The notes under the pieces are model-generated. The model saw only the letters and a program-made list of their open reading frames with translations, was not told the DNA's origin and ran no database searches. A stretch of DNA of 60,568 nucleotides from Armatimonadota bacterium (lineage in GTDB: Bacteria > Armatimonadota > UBA5829 > DTLH01), in the NCBI GenBank assembly GCA_038207085.1, contig JBBRAE010000016.1, positions 1 through 60,568 of the forward strand. The letters run 5' to 3'. Numbering within the stretch: the first letter of the stretch is position 1; each line of letters starts with the position of its first letter. The translations under genes were made by a program, and so were the position numbers. Positions 38,019 to 48,677 of the stretch are shown piece by piece.

Positions 38019-39989
38019 CTATTCGACTACAACCATCTGGTGACACTCCACCACGGGAACAGTCGTCTTGATCACACCGTTTTCGAACGTATAGTCAAGG
38101 TCGACGTTCTGGGGCGCGAGGTAGACGCGCTTGGGAGCGGCACTTGCTCTAAGCTCGACCTTCACATCGTAGACCGGCGTCAGGTCTTCGAGCACATTGA
38201 TCTTGCCACGAAGCACCGGTGCGCCGTAGAGCAGATGAACGATGGTTCGTGCCTCTTTCTCCTGGCGCATCACAGACTGAACCCCCTGCGCAGGGAGACT
38301 CGTCACAAGCGTGGGCTCGGTGAGAAGTTCTCGAATGCCTCTGAGTATAATCTCCCGGAGCACGTTCTGGCCAAGATCGGCGTAACGGTCGAACGCGTTC
38401 ACCGCGAGATACACCGTGTTCGGTGTCTTCACCATCGCCGCGCCCGCATTCTCCATAGTGCTCGGCGCATGCTGATGGCTGCAAAAGTGCAGGTAGTCTC
38501 GGTTGAAGAACGGGTCCTGGCGCTCGGCCATGACTTCGCCCGTCGTCACCTCGATAACATTCATCTTGGAGTAGACGACAAAGCCCGTGTTGTCCCACTC
38601 CGAAAGATCGAACTTGGGGACGATATACTCGGGGTCAAACCCGCTCTCGCCAAGATACTTCACACCAAAGTCCAGTGCAAACTCGCCCGTTGGAGCGTCA
38701 AGGGCGCTTCTGCCGGTGGCAAACACCTTGCCGCCATTTGCCAGGTAGCTCTTAAGCTTTGTGGCGAAATCGCCAGCGACGGGAATCACGTCGGGCAGGA
38801 CGACTACTTTGTAGTTCGACAGGTCGCTTTCCCGGTCGAGTATATCAAAGGAGACTTTGCCCTCTTGAAGAACCCGCACCACCCCTGCATCGGACTGCCA
38901 CTTATTGGCAGTCTCACCAAGTTCAGCAGCAAACGCCTGGATAGAGAGCACACCTACGTCCGAGATGCTCTTTACGCCTTTACACCAGACCTCTTTGGCC
39001 TCGACCTCGACAAACGCTTCTCCGATCAGCCTGTAGGTCGCCTGATCCAGCTTGCCGAATGGGTGCATCTGGTCACCGACGCAGATCTTCGCGCCGTTTG
39101 TCAGCGCAAGCCCGGCCTCAAACCGAAGCGCGTTGGGGTGCTTGAACCCGCCGAACTCGCCCCAGCTCGTGTGGAACTTGCCTGTCATCCCGAGGAAGTC
39201 GATGCCTGTTGCGTGTACGTATCGAGCTGAGAGCGGAAAGTGATCGTACCCCCAACCGCCGGTCGGAAGCGACTCAAGCTCCTGATGGGTCGGAAGAGCC
39301 GCAAGCTCTCGGTCGCCTCCGGTCACGTGGCCCGAGTTGTGGTAAATGAGCGTGCCGGGCTTGATGGCGTTGATTGCGGCGTTGATCCTTCGGGCGTAGT
39401 TGAGGTAGGTTTCGCGTCCGAGTCGCTGTCGGGCATCAGCGTCGCGAGGATCCCACCCGCGTGCTCGCATCTCTGAGACGCAGTACCCGCAGGCACAGTC
39501 CCTTACCCCAACAATATCAAGCCAGATGCCGTCGCTGTTGTAGTTGGCGGCGACTTCTTCTGCCTGAGCGATCAGGTAGTCGAGGTAAGGCGAACGCATG
39601 CAAAACTCGTGATATCCCGCATCTGTCCACCCGGCCCAGGACGTTGTCCCATCCGTCCGCCTGAACAACCAGTCCGAGTGTCTGACTGCGAGCTTCTCGT
39701 CCAGCCCGGCTGATATGTAGGCGGGAATCTTGACATCAATTTCGTGGGCCGCCTCGATCATCTCGCCCAAGAGATCGACCTTCAAATTGGGGTGCATCTC
39801 GCTGTCCTGCACCTTGGTTGGGTAGTAGCACCACCCGTGATGGCACTTGGCAAACACGTTGATCGAGTTTACGTGCCCGAGCTTGAGCATATCCTGAAAA
39901 TGTTTCTTGTCCCAATCCTTGCCGATGCCCGGAATAGCCTCACTCGTGTGAAAGTCCAGATGGACCTGTCGAAATCTCAGTTCTTCCAT
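38019..39989 (-). CDS. Glycoside hydrolase, GH151 alpha-L-fucosidase-like (GHL6 plus trimerisation domain)
   Basis: RFRQVHLDFHTS, FAKCHHG, ELESLPTGGWGY, GMTGKFHTSWGEFGG, GDQMHP. Confidence 0.8.
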   Translation of the reverse strand: MEELRFRQVHLDFHTSEAIPGIGKDWDKKHFQDMLKLGHVNSINVFAKCHHGWCYYPTKVQDSEMHPNLKVDLLGEMIEAAHEIDVKIPAYISAGLDEKLAVRHSDWLFRRTDGTTSWAGWTDAGYHEFCMRSPYLDYLIAQAEEVAANYNSDGIWLDIVGVRDCACGYCVSEMRARGWDPRDADARQRLGRETYLNYARRINAAINAIKPGTLIYHNSGHVTGGDRELAALPTHQELESLPTGGWGYDHFPLSARYVHATGIDFLGMTGKFHTSWGEFGGFKHPNALRFEAGLALTNGAKICVGDQMHPFGKLDQATYRLIGEAFVEVEAKEVWCKGVKSISDVGVLSIQAFAAELGETANKWQSDAGVVRVLQEGKVSFDILDRESDLSNYKVVVLPDVIPVAGDFATKLKSYLANGGKVFATGRSALDAPTGEFALDFGVKYLGESGFDPEYIVPKFDLSEWDNTGFVVYSKMNVIEVTTGEVMAERQDPFFNRDYLHFCSHQHAPSTMENAGAAMVKTPNTVYLAVNAFDRYADLGQNVLREIILRGIRELLTEPTLVTSLPAQGVQSVMRQEKEARTIVHLLYGAPVLRGKINVLEDLTPVYDVKVELRASAAPKRVYLAPQNVDLDYTFENGVIKTTVPVVECHQMVVVE

Positions 39990-40044
39990 TCATAATCCCT
40001 TTCAGCATTAGAGCTTCAAAGGAAATGTTCGTCAAAGCATGGGG

Positions 40045-41277
40045 TTATTCCTTTGAAGACAACGTCTCTTTAGCAAGATCGGAGTATTCGCCCTCATCCA
40101 AAGCCACAGCAGCTTCCCATGCACCGCGAGCTTCGTCCTTACGGCCCTGAAGCTTCAAGAGCTCCCCGAGGTTGTAGAGGACTTCCGCACTCTTGTAAAG
40201 AGCAATGGACGTTTGAAGTGCCTGAACAGCGCCGTCAAGATCCCCCCGCGCCTCGCATATCTCAGCTATGCAGTTGTAGGCAATGGAGTCGCTGCTGTCG
40301 AGACGAATTGCTTCCCGGCATTCGGCCTCGGCCTCGTCCGACCTGTCTAGGTTGAATAATGTCAGCCCGAGTTCGGAATGGGCGTAGGCGAAACCCGGAT
40401 CGATCCTGAGAGCCTCACGATACTCGGCCTCCGACTCCTCATAGCGCTCAAGCGTTCCCAGAATCTCTGCCAGAGCCCGATGTCTTTCGGCAACGTGCGG
40501 TTCGAGACGCAGCGCCTCACGGTATTCGCCCTCGGCTTCTTCGCTCTGTTCGAGCTCTTCGAGAACTATTCCCAGGCCTGCGTGCGCTCCGGCGCAGTTC
40601 GGATCGATGCTGAGCGCTTTTCTGAATGCATCGACTGCTTCCTCGTAACGCTCCAGTTCATGTAGCGCTCCACCCAGTCCCCACCAGTTATCTACATCCT
40701 CCGGGTGAAGTCGAACGGCTTGCTCAAACTCCACGAGAGCTTCTTCAGAACGTCCCAAGTCAGTCAAAGTGACTCCAAGATCGTGATGGACAGTTTTGTC
40801 ACTTGGATCGATCGCTACCACCTTACCAAACGCTTCCAGCGCCTCATCAAGCCTGTTGAGCCCACGAAATATCAATGCAAGCTCAGCCCATTTGCTCACA
40901 TCATCAGGATCGAACACAATCGACTGACGCGCCGCTTCCAAAGCATCTTCGTATCTGTTGAGTTCAAATAGTGTGTGAGCCAAATGCCAGTAAGCGTCAG
41001 CGTACCCGGGGTCAATTTCGATAGCGCGACTATAGCAGTCTTCAGCGGTCTCATGCTCCCCGCGGCGAGCCACAGTCCAGCCAAGCAGACACCACGCCTC
41101 GGGGTCGTCCGGTGCAAGGTCCACAGCCTCCCCCACCAACTGCTCGGCCTCTTCGCAGCGTTCCGCACGACACAGAGCGTTTGCCAGATTCCCCAACGCC
41201 CCCACATCACCCGGATTCGCCTCAACAGCCCTACGCAATTCTTCTATATTCTTCTCAAACTCATTGATGCCTGACAC
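40045..41277 (-). CDS. Tetratricopeptide repeat protein
   Basis: About 11-12 34-residue repeats (LG..L..L.RYEEA..A..LDP); GTG 41277 with GGAGGA. Confidence 0.9.
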   Translation of the reverse strand: MSGINEFEKNIEELRRAVEANPGDVGALGNLANALCRAERCEEAEQLVGEAVDLAPDDPEAWCLLGWTVARRGEHETAEDCYSRAIEIDPGYADAYWHLAHTLFELNRYEDALEAARQSIVFDPDDVSKWAELALIFRGLNRLDEALEAFGKVVAIDPSDKTVHHDLGVTLTDLGRSEEALVEFEQAVRLHPEDVDNWWGLGGALHELERYEEAVDAFRKALSIDPNCAGAHAGLGIVLEELEQSEEAEGEYREALRLEPHVAERHRALAEILGTLERYEESEAEYREALRIDPGFAYAHSELGLTLFNLDRSDEAEAECREAIRLDSSDSIAYNCIAEICEARGDLDGAVQALQTSIALYKSAEVLYNLGELLKLQGRKDEARGAWEAAVALDEGEYSDLAKETLSSKE

Positions 41278-41365
41278 AGTGTTCCTCCGCGAGTAATCTG
41301 CGACCAGTATACCACAGTGCACCTTGAGAACCACAAACTACTACGACGTAATCATCTCAAATACT

Positions 41366-41395
41366 TTGACTAATACGAGGCAAAACTGGTAATAT
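41366..41395 (+). promoter_or_regulatory. Promoter of rnpB
   Basis: TTGACT-18nt-TAATAT with TG extension, about 6 nt before the RNA 5' end. Confidence 0.65.
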
Positions 41396-41400
41396 ATCAG

Positions 41401-41760
41401 TGAGCAAGCCAGGTGGTCGCTCCGGGTAACCGGAGAGGAAAGTCCGGGCTCCACAGGGCAGGATGCTGGATAACGTCCAGCGAGCGCAAGCTTAGGGAAA
41501 GTGCCACAGAAAAGAAAACGGCCCCGCCGACGGCGCTATATGCGCCATCTCAAGCGAGACCAAAGCTGAAACGGTGGTGTAAGAGACCACCAGCGGTGCG
41601 GTGACGCACTGGCTTGGTAAACCCCATCCGGAGCAAGGCCGAATAGGAGAGGGTTGAAGCTGCCCGCCGACCTCTCGGGTAAAGGCCGCACGAGAGCCGG
41701 AGCAATCCGGCTCCTAGAGAGATGATCACCCACGACAGAACCCGGCTTACGGCTTGCTCA
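41401..41760 (+). ncRNA. rnpB: RNase P RNA, bacterial type A
   Basis: GAGGAAAGTCCGGGCTCC, GGAAAGTGCCACAGAAA, GGTAAACCCC..GGAGCAAGGCC, ACAGAACCCGGCTTA; ends TGAGCAAGCC / GGCTTGCTCA pair as P1. Confidence 0.97.
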
Positions 41761-43183
41761 CTACACCCATAGACCGGACCCGCTTCTCCATCCGCCGCGT
41801 CTCATTAACGATTGCAACAAAGCTCCCAAACATAAGCCCCAGCAACAGACTTCCCAAGAGCACGAGTTTGGTTTTCGGCTTGATCGGCCCCTTTTCAGGC
41901 ACGGCGTAGTCGAGCACGGTAAAGGTGTGCGGGTCTTTGGCTTCGGTCACTTTGGCGTTGCTGAAATCGGCTAGTAGCGACATGTAGACAACTTCGAGCG
42001 CTTTCACGTCACGAAGCAGACGGACGTACTGGATCTGTGCTGCAGCCTTGTCGCTGATCCCACGCTCTACGCGGGTCATCGCGTCATTCATAGCCTGAAC
42101 CCGTGCCTCAAGCCCGCTTCGCTTTATCTCAAGCCCTGCGAGGTTCTGAATGACAACCTGGCGAACGGGGTTAAGCGCAAAAGTCTCATTTCCTGTCACA
42201 CGAGAGACTTCCTCGCGCATCTTCTCGCGGCTTTTCTCAATCTCCTGATCGATCGCGACAACATCGGGGTGCTTTTCCGTAAAGTTCTCAAGCAGCATTG
42301 CGCGTGTGACCTCGGCGTCAGTGATCTGTTGTTTCAAGTTGCTGACGATTGGGTTTTGCGTGACTACCCTTGAAACTGACTGCGTGACATGCTCACCGGC
42401 GGCGACATTTTTGGCCTCTTCGATGCTCTCTGTAGCTTCACGAAGCTCGGTCTCGGCCTGAAGCTCGAGCGTCCGCATGCCGATGATACTCTTCACTTGC
42501 TCGCTTGCCGCATCGGGAGGTGGGACAGTCGGATGTGCTGCGATGAACTTGCGAAGCCTCTCCTCGGTCTTAGTCAACTGCTCGCGGGTCGTATTGACCT
42601 CGCTTTCGAGGAAGACTCGACGGTTACGACCGCTGTTTAGCGCGTGCTCTCGATCATACTGCTCAAGGGCGTCTATATAGGTGTTGGTTATCTCAGCGGC
42701 AAGCCTTGCTGTGTGCCGCTTGGTGTCCTCGTTGGGGTATTTCGAGTCAAGCCAGGTAATCTTACCCGTCTTCACCCAGGACGAGAGGGCATAGCACGAG
42801 AGCTTCAGCGAGCCCTCATAACTTGCATCGACTTCCACCTGTTCCAGCAGTGTCTCAGCGTCGACCCCTGCGGCCTCAAGCCCAAGCTCACGCACAACGT
42901 CTGAGGCGAGCGTACGGCTTTTGAGGATCTGCGAATACATCCCCACACCCGACATACCGGAAAGCGATGCGGCACCGATTGCAGGACGCCCCGTGCGCTG
43001 CGACATCAATCCCGACGTCTGCTGCTGCTGGGGGAACAGAATCGTTGTCTTGCCCCGAAACGTTCGAGGAGTCACGAGGATGAACAACACGCCAAACACA
43101 ACGGCGATCATCGCTGCGGCAGCAACGATTCCTCGTCGACGCAGAAGCATATCTATATAATCTGAGAGCCCAATTTCTTCCAT
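41747..43183 (-). CDS. Polysaccharide co-polymerase / chain-length determinant (Wzz/GumC-like, no kinase domain)
   Basis: N- and C-terminal TM, ILKSR, coiled coil with FTEKHPDV, VLD.A.P..P.KP. Confidence 0.85.
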   Translation of the reverse strand: MEEIGLSDYIDMLLRRRGIVAAAAMIAVVFGVLFILVTPRTFRGKTTILFPQQQQTSGLMSQRTGRPAIGAASLSGMSGVGMYSQILKSRTLASDVVRELGLEAAGVDAETLLEQVEVDASYEGSLKLSCYALSSWVKTGKITWLDSKYPNEDTKRHTARLAAEITNTYIDALEQYDREHALNSGRNRRVFLESEVNTTREQLTKTEERLRKFIAAHPTVPPPDAASEQVKSIIGMRTLELQAETELREATESIEEAKNVAAGEHVTQSVSRVVTQNPIVSNLKQQITDAEVTRAMLLENFTEKHPDVVAIDQEIEKSREKMREEVSRVTGNETFALNPVRQVVIQNLAGLEIKRSGLEARVQAMNDAMTRVERGISDKAAAQIQYVRLLRDVKALEVVYMSLLADFSNAKVTEAKDPHTFTVLDYAVPEKGPIKPKTKLVLLGSLLLGLMFGSFVAIVNETRRMEKRVRSMGVVSKP

Positions 43184-43186
43184 ATC

Positions 43187-44866
43187 TTAGAACAACCACA
43201 ACATCCGAACGGTGGCAATGAGCTGCGACAGGTCGCGCCAGTCCGAAATGATGCCCTCCGGCACATAAATAATATCTCCGGGCTGCACGACCGGATTGTC
43301 CATTTTATCGCCCCTCATACCATTCGACAGCTTAACCTTGGTAATCTTGGGCTTGTCTGCATCTCCACGCACGAGGTAAGCAGTCTTCTTCCCCCGGCCT
43401 CCTGGGCCACCTGCGGCTGCGAGGTAGTCTATCAGACGCTGATCGGGCTCGTAAGGGAACCCTCCCGTTCGACCAACCTGGCCAAACACAAAGACCTTGT
43501 CCTGAAGCGCCGGCAGCACAACCGCGTCACCACTTTGGAGCGCCACGTCTGCAACTCTGTCCTTGTGAATCAGCAACCGTTCGAGGTCAACGGGGATCGA
43601 GACGATCTTGTCGCCGTTTCGCCGCTCGATCTTCGCGCGTTTGAGGTCAGCCTGCGGAGTCGTGCCACCGGTTCTTGTGATCACGTCGCAGATTGTCTCC
43701 CCTTGAGCAAGTTTGTAGACCCCGGACTTGTTCTGAAGCGTTCCGGCTGACCGTTGGTAGACCCCTTCGCCCTTGAACTCACCGACAAGCCTGATTGTGG
43801 GCTGGAAGTCTGCGACCGATGGGATAACAAACTTATCCCCGGGCAGAATCTCGGGGTTATCTTTCCCCGAAAGATCACAGTGGACGATTTTCACCTCGCC
43901 GTCCGCGCCGCTTCGCTCGATCAACACGCGAGTGCTCGCCGCAGTCGGCAGAACTCCCAGGCACAGGTCGAGCACCTCGCTTGCGCGGCACGGGCCGACC
44001 TCACACTTGCCCGGCGCGACGATCTCGTACTTACCCGGACGGCACACCTCACCGGTAACCGTCACCCAGCTCACCACCGGCGGAACAAACAGTTCGTCGC
44101 CTGCCTGAATGGTGAGATTCGACTCGATATCGCCGCGGGACACGATGCCGTAGACATCTACCAGGCGGGGTTTGCCGCCGCGCATAAGCCTTACAAGCCT
44201 CGTCGAGCCGGTCGGCTGGATTTCGGCTCGAAGTAGCGCCTCAAGCACGGTAGCGGTCGATGGCAGCGCAAGCGGGCCCGGGTTCTTCACCTGTCCGCTG
44301 ACCCAGATTTTGACCAATCCTGATCTAGCGACACTGAGATCGACAGTAAAACGCTTGTAGTAGACAGAAAGCTTCTCTGTTATGGTCGTTCTTAGTTCAT
44401 CGACGCTTCGACCGACGGCCGGAATCTGCCCGATCAAAGGCATGTGAATGCTTCCGTCGGGTTTGACTTCGTAGGTGTCGAGGTCAGCCACCAATGCGTT
44501 CTGGCTCGCGTCTGGTTTGGGGGTTGCGCTGCTTCCGTAGCGGAGGTTGACATCCCCGCGCACGCGAATCGTGAGCACGTCACCCGCGCCGATCCTGTAG
44601 TCACCAGAAACAGTGACCGCCGCTCTCGTGGCAGAATCAAGCGCCGCCGCCTGCATACCGACCTCAGAGCTCACACGGTCTCCGGGGTTTGCATCTTTCG
44701 CGTTCATCTGAAAGACGGGCGGTACAACGGCAGCCACGTTCTGATCCTGACAATAAAGTGGGGACGACAGAACGGACAAGGCAAGCATGGCAATTACAAA
44801 CGCGCTACGCAAGCTCAACTGCACCTCAATAATTGGTGGTCCACGCAAGTCTTCAACCGACCCCAC
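43187..44866 (-). CDS. Polysaccharide export protein (Wza/KpsD-like, multiple SLBB domains)
   Basis: YRIGAGDVL, DGSIHMPLIG, repeated V.G.V..PG and GD.I.VP SLBB motifs; start uncertain. Confidence 0.88.
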   Translation of the reverse strand: MGSVEDLRGPPIIEVQLSLRSAFVIAMLALSVLSSPLYCQDQNVAAVVPPVFQMNAKDANPGDRVSSEVGMQAAALDSATRAAVTVSGDYRIGAGDVLTIRVRGDVNLRYGSSATPKPDASQNALVADLDTYEVKPDGSIHMPLIGQIPAVGRSVDELRTTITEKLSVYYKRFTVDLSVARSGLVKIWVSGQVKNPGPLALPSTATVLEALLRAEIQPTGSTRLVRLMRGGKPRLVDVYGIVSRGDIESNLTIQAGDELFVPPVVSWVTVTGEVCRPGKYEIVAPGKCEVGPCRASEVLDLCLGVLPTAASTRVLIERSGADGEVKIVHCDLSGKDNPEILPGDKFVIPSVADFQPTIRLVGEFKGEGVYQRSAGTLQNKSGVYKLAQGETICDVITRTGGTTPQADLKRAKIERRNGDKIVSIPVDLERLLIHKDRVADVALQSGDAVVLPALQDKVFVFGQVGRTGGFPYEPDQRLIDYLAAAGGPGGRGKKTAYLVRGDADKPKITKVKLSNGMRGDKMDNPVVQPGDIIYVPEGIISDWRDLSQLIATVRMLWLF

Positions 44867-44914
44867 ATGGTGAACCTAGTATAACACCCAGGTAAGTGGC
44901 GGTCAAGCGCAACT

Positions 44915-46360
44915 CTACCTCGCAAGCTCAGTCACCAGCGGCTCGGCGTCCAGGTGTTCGTACCGAAGATAGTGTGCGAGTTCGTCGACAGTGTGACGGC
45001 GGCCCAGGCTCCAGAGTCCGGCGATGAACTTGCCCGCGTCCGGGTTCTTGAACCAAAGCAGTCCGAAGTTCTCTTCCAGATGACGTCGAAGCATCACTTC
45101 AAATATCCAGGCGCGGATGTAACCAGCAGCGTAGAGGCCGTCATCGACATCTGTGAGGTAGTTCACCGGGCTGATCTTGATATGAAGCGCCCGTGAGAGA
45201 GTCTCCGCGTAGGTGTCGCGCATCGACTCGATATCGCCTGAAGTGTGCAGCTTCGTTTCATACTCGAGTTTCCCGCTGTAGCGCCTGAGCATGTAGAGCT
45301 TGTGGAAGCGCGCGAGCCTGCAGTAGTCGGCGTGGTCGTGCTCGCCCATCACTTCGCTCATCCAGCGGCTGTTCTTGAGCAGGTTGTCGAAAAGAAACGC
45401 GTAGGACTCGGAGACCGAGATGTCCCCCAGCCTCTTTTCGGCAAACGAAAGAGTCGGGTCTGTCCAGGCGAAGTGCTCGGCGTGTCCGGCTTCGTGCATG
45501 ATCGATGCGTAGTCGTCCCGACCACCTCTGGGTGAGATGACCAAAAACACTTCGTCCGGAATCCTGACCGGCGCACAAAACGCCCTCGGGGACTTTAGCG
45601 GACGAGACTCGGTGTCGAGGATCACGTTTTTCTGGGAGTCGAGATCAACCCCGAGCCCTGCAAGGGTCGCCCGAAGCGTGGGGATCAGCTTCTCAGGTGG
45701 GAACAACCGGTCAAACTGAGGTGATCTGAAGAGAAACGCGATATCCCCGGAGGTCGCGTCCGCCGAGTCGACTCCGATCGTCCCGAGAAAGTGTTCAAGC
45801 TCGGAGACGTAGATTTCCTCGGTGCGCTCACGCAGGTCGATCATCCTGGCAAGGAGCCACTCAAGCCGAAACGACTTCAACTGCTCCGCCATATCGAGGT
45901 AACTTGCAAAACCTATGTCACGGACTTGGGAGTGAAGCGTCTGCCAGCGGATGAGTTCTTCGGGGTTGTGCTTTTCGGTCTCGGCCCGCGCCCTGGACTC
46001 AAGCTCGTGGCGCTTGGCCTGGTCGGGCTCGTTTGCGATGATCACCGATGCCCGCCGATAGGGAATATGCTCTCCCTGCCATTCGATGGTCGCCTGAGTC
46101 ATCTCGTTTGTGATCTTCTCGCTAAGCTCTTTGACACTTGCGTCGAGGTAACCGTCGACCACAAAGTCGGCTATTGCGCGCTCGGCGGGGGTGCTCCATA
46201 CGAGCGAAGAATCGACGGCACTGCGGTCAAACAACCAGCCAAATTGGTTATAGACCGCGACGATCTCAATCGTCTCTTTGATCCCCGCGCCGTTTTCGTA
46301 ATACTCCCGAATCACGCGCCTCAGAAACTCCTCGGCAGCCTGCTCATAGCTTGGTTCCAC
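44915..46360 (-). CDS. Gluzincin metallopeptidase (M3/M32-like)
   Basis: KSPRAFC, HEAGHAEH followed by VSESYAFLF third ligand. Confidence 0.72.
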   Translation of the reverse strand: MEPSYEQAAEEFLRRVIREYYENGAGIKETIEIVAVYNQFGWLFDRSAVDSSLVWSTPAERAIADFVVDGYLDASVKELSEKITNEMTQATIEWQGEHIPYRRASVIIANEPDQAKRHELESRARAETEKHNPEELIRWQTLHSQVRDIGFASYLDMAEQLKSFRLEWLLARMIDLRERTEEIYVSELEHFLGTIGVDSADATSGDIAFLFRSPQFDRLFPPEKLIPTLRATLAGLGVDLDSQKNVILDTESRPLKSPRAFCAPVRIPDEVFLVISPRGGRDDYASIMHEAGHAEHFAWTDPTLSFAEKRLGDISVSESYAFLFDNLLKNSRWMSEVMGEHDHADYCRLARFHKLYMLRRYSGKLEYETKLHTSGDIESMRDTYAETLSRALHIKISPVNYLTDVDDGLYAAGYIRAWIFEVMLRRHLEENFGLLWFKNPDAGKFIAGLWSLGRRHTVDELAHYLRYEHLDAEPLVTELAR

Positions 46361-46375
46361 TCGGCCTATCCCCCA

Positions 46376-46454
46376 TAGCCCGCTTTATTCGTGAAGCGAA
46401 TAAAGCTTTCGCTAACAGAGCATTATTCACACTACTCGTGAATAATGCGGGTTA
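46376..46454 (-). repeat. About 78-bp multi-hairpin repeat (family 2), single copy
   Basis: Reverse complement of the 54734 units with a few substitutions. Confidence 0.88.
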
Positions 46455-46595
46455 GTGCGTTCGATTCAACAATTGTTACCCTGCGAAAACGGGACAGAAA
46501 CGCCGATGGCGCTCGCGCCGCCGGGGTCGACAGTGGCGTTCGCGCCGCGATAGACCTTTAAGAGAAGGCGCGGATAGCGCCGTCGAGGGCAAGAA

Positions 46596-47273
46596 CTATC
46601 GTTTCTCAGCCGTATCAAGCAGCACGCAGAGCCCAAGCGCTATTCGACGATCCAGGCTTCGGGTGTGGTCCTGAGTGAGGTCGAGGACGTATTTGTCGAT
46701 GATGGTGAACTTGCGGTTGAACGTTCCCACCTGACGGCTTCCAAGGAATATATTGAAGTTCGTCCTGATCCATTCACCAAACGGCAGGTATCGCCGTATC
46801 AGTCCCAAAAGGACGGAGTCCTCCTCAGCTTTGCCTATCACGTCGCCGTTGGCATCGAGAACGTGCCACAACCGCTGAAAGAACATCCCCCTGATCCAGT
46901 CTTTTCTGAAGATTGCGAGCGGCTGACCGTCCGGGAGCACGAGGTGGAGCTTGTAGCCCATATCGAAGAACCCCTTCGGCTTGCTCATTATGCTCATAAC
47001 AGGGACGTTCTTGGATTCGTCGGTAAAGAAATGCAGCTTGGGCATTACCTTCCAAGCCTCGCGCTCGACGTATAGAAGCTTGTTTCCAAACTCATCAAAG
47101 ACGTGATACTTGTCCTTGAACGAGAGCACTTTCTGGTTGAGCAGGTATTTGTCGAACGCAAAAACTCCGGCGGCTGGCCCCTGTGATACGAGTTGCGGAC
47201 CAAGATCGGCGCCGCACCTGTAACACTCATTTCCCTGGCTTCCATTGTCGGTGTTGCACTGTGGACAGATCAT
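46596..47273 (-). CDS. Zinc-ribbon plus LURP-one/scramblase (Tubby-like) domain protein
   Basis: CPQC..CYRC; QKVLSFKDKY.V.DE.G, RKFTIIDKY.LD, LDRR; ATG 47273 with AAGGAG. Confidence 0.7.
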   Translation of the reverse strand: MICPQCNTDNGSQGNECYRCGADLGPQLVSQGPAAGVFAFDKYLLNQKVLSFKDKYHVFDEFGNKLLYVEREAWKVMPKLHFFTDESKNVPVMSIMSKPKGFFDMGYKLHLVLPDGQPLAIFRKDWIRGMFFQRLWHVLDANGDVIGKAEEDSVLLGLIRRYLPFGEWIRTNFNIFLGSRQVGTFNRKFTIIDKYVLDLTQDHTRSLDRRIALGLCVLLDTAEKR

Positions 47274-47360
47274 TTCAAGCGTCTCCTTGGGGACGAGCAA
47301 GTGGTACAAACATCGCCCGGCAATAAATACCCTGCAGCCAAGCGTTAAAGGAATTGTTGA

Positions 47361-48677
47361 TCAACCGATGGCGGGATGGCCGCGGTCTAGAAGCCCCTGC
47401 ACAAGCGGGTCTGCGATCGCCTCGCGGACCTCAGGCTCGTCGGGCGCCATCCTGTAGGCCCTGTCAAACCAGTCGGCGGCGGCGCGGTTGTTTTTCATCC
47501 TGAGGAACAACTCCCCTAGCTGCAGATGAGGATAATACCACTCCGGCGCAAGCCTCACGGACTCAAGCAGGTGGACTTCGGCTACCGCAAGCTCGTGGTT
47601 CATCTCGATAAGCGCCCAGCCGACTCCGGCATGCGCCGCTGCGTTGCAGGGGTTGAGGTGAACCGCCTTCTGATATGCCGGAAGCGCGCGTTCGGGAAGG
47701 TCTGCGGCGGCTTCAAGGTCGGCAAGCAGATACCAAATGTCGGGATTGCTCGGCTCCTGCTCAACGGCTTTTGCGAGCACTACACGGGCGTCGTCAAAGG
47801 CATCGATATGTTCGCAGGCGCAGACATAGCTGTAAAGCGCGTGGGAGGATGTCGGGTCGACGTCGAGCGCTTTCTTGCACGCGCCGATCGCATCGTCGTA
47901 GCGTTGCTGCGCGACCAGCACCTCGCCAAGACCTGCCCAGGCCTCGCTATCGGTTGGGTCATCGGTAACAACCATCCGATACTCCCACTCGGCCTCGTCG
48001 AGCTTGCCGAGCATAAGGCACGCGTGGGCGGCAAGGTATCTCGTGTCGACGTTTTCCGGGCAGACATCAAGCGCGCTTTCGTAGACCATAAGCGCCATAT
48101 CCCAAAGATCCATCGCCTCATAAACTTCACCCAGGGCAACAAGTGTCTGCACGTCTCTTGGGTCGACCTCTACAGCCTCCTCAAGCACACGTCTTGCCGC
48201 GCGGTAGTTGCGCTGTGCGACGAGCGCGCGACCGAGGTTGAACATGGTGATGGTGTCTTCGGGGTCGAGATCGAGAGCGAGACGATAGGACTGAAGTGCG
48301 CCTTCGATGTCACCCTTCATATGGAGCGAATAGCCGATGGCGGAGTGGAGGTCTGCTATGCAGTATCCGAGTTCTTCGGCCTTTCGAAGATCCCGAAGCG
48401 CACGATCGTGCTTGCCGAGTGCGCCCAGGGCGTGGCCGAGGATATAGTGGGCAAAACCTGATGACTTGTCGACGCTGATAAGCTGCTCGAAGACGTGAAC
48501 GGCCCTTTCCCATCGGTTCAGGGACGTGTAAGCCTGCCCGAGACCTTCGAGGGCGTCCTGGTTGTCGATGTCAAACTCCAGAGCGCGTATGTAGAAGTCT
48601 ACAGCCCTCTCATAGTCACCGGCCTGATAAAAGCAGTCACCTTGATCTACAAGTGTGTGGATTGTGTTTTGGTCCAT
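47361..48677 (-). CDS. Tetratricopeptide repeat protein
   Basis: About 12 TPR units across the whole ORF. Confidence 0.9.
   Translation of the reverse strand: MDQNTIHTLVDQGDCFYQAGDYERAVDFYIRALEFDIDNQDALEGLGQAYTSLNRWERAVHVFEQLISVDKSSGFAHYILGHALGALGKHDRALRDLRKAEELGYCIADLHSAIGYSLHMKGDIEGALQSYRLALDLDPEDTITMFNLGRALVAQRNYRAARRVLEEAVEVDPRDVQTLVALGEVYEAMDLWDMALMVYESALDVCPENVDTRYLAAHACLMLGKLDEAEWEYRMVVTDDPTDSEAWAGLGEVLVAQQRYDDAIGACKKALDVDPTSSHALYSYVCACEHIDAFDDARVVLAKAVEQEPSNPDIWYLLADLEAAADLPERALPAYQKAVHLNPCNAAAHAGVGWALIEMNHELAVAEVHLLESVRLAPEWYYPHLQLGELFLRMKNNRAAADWFDRAYRMAPDEPEVREAIADPLVQGLLDRGHPAIG

Noticed and set aside
38040..39230. 396-aa plus-strand ORF (likewise 3254-4066, 47526-48461, 55868-56860, 56920-57768)
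   Set aside because: Antisense ORFs expected from GC-rich codon bias of well-supported genes on the other strand.
41413..41733. Short ORFs on both strands
   Set aside because: They fall inside the RNase P RNA.
46505..46585. Three small GGCGC..GCGCC hairpins
   Set aside because: Short GC-rich stems could arise by chance; no second copy seen in the window.
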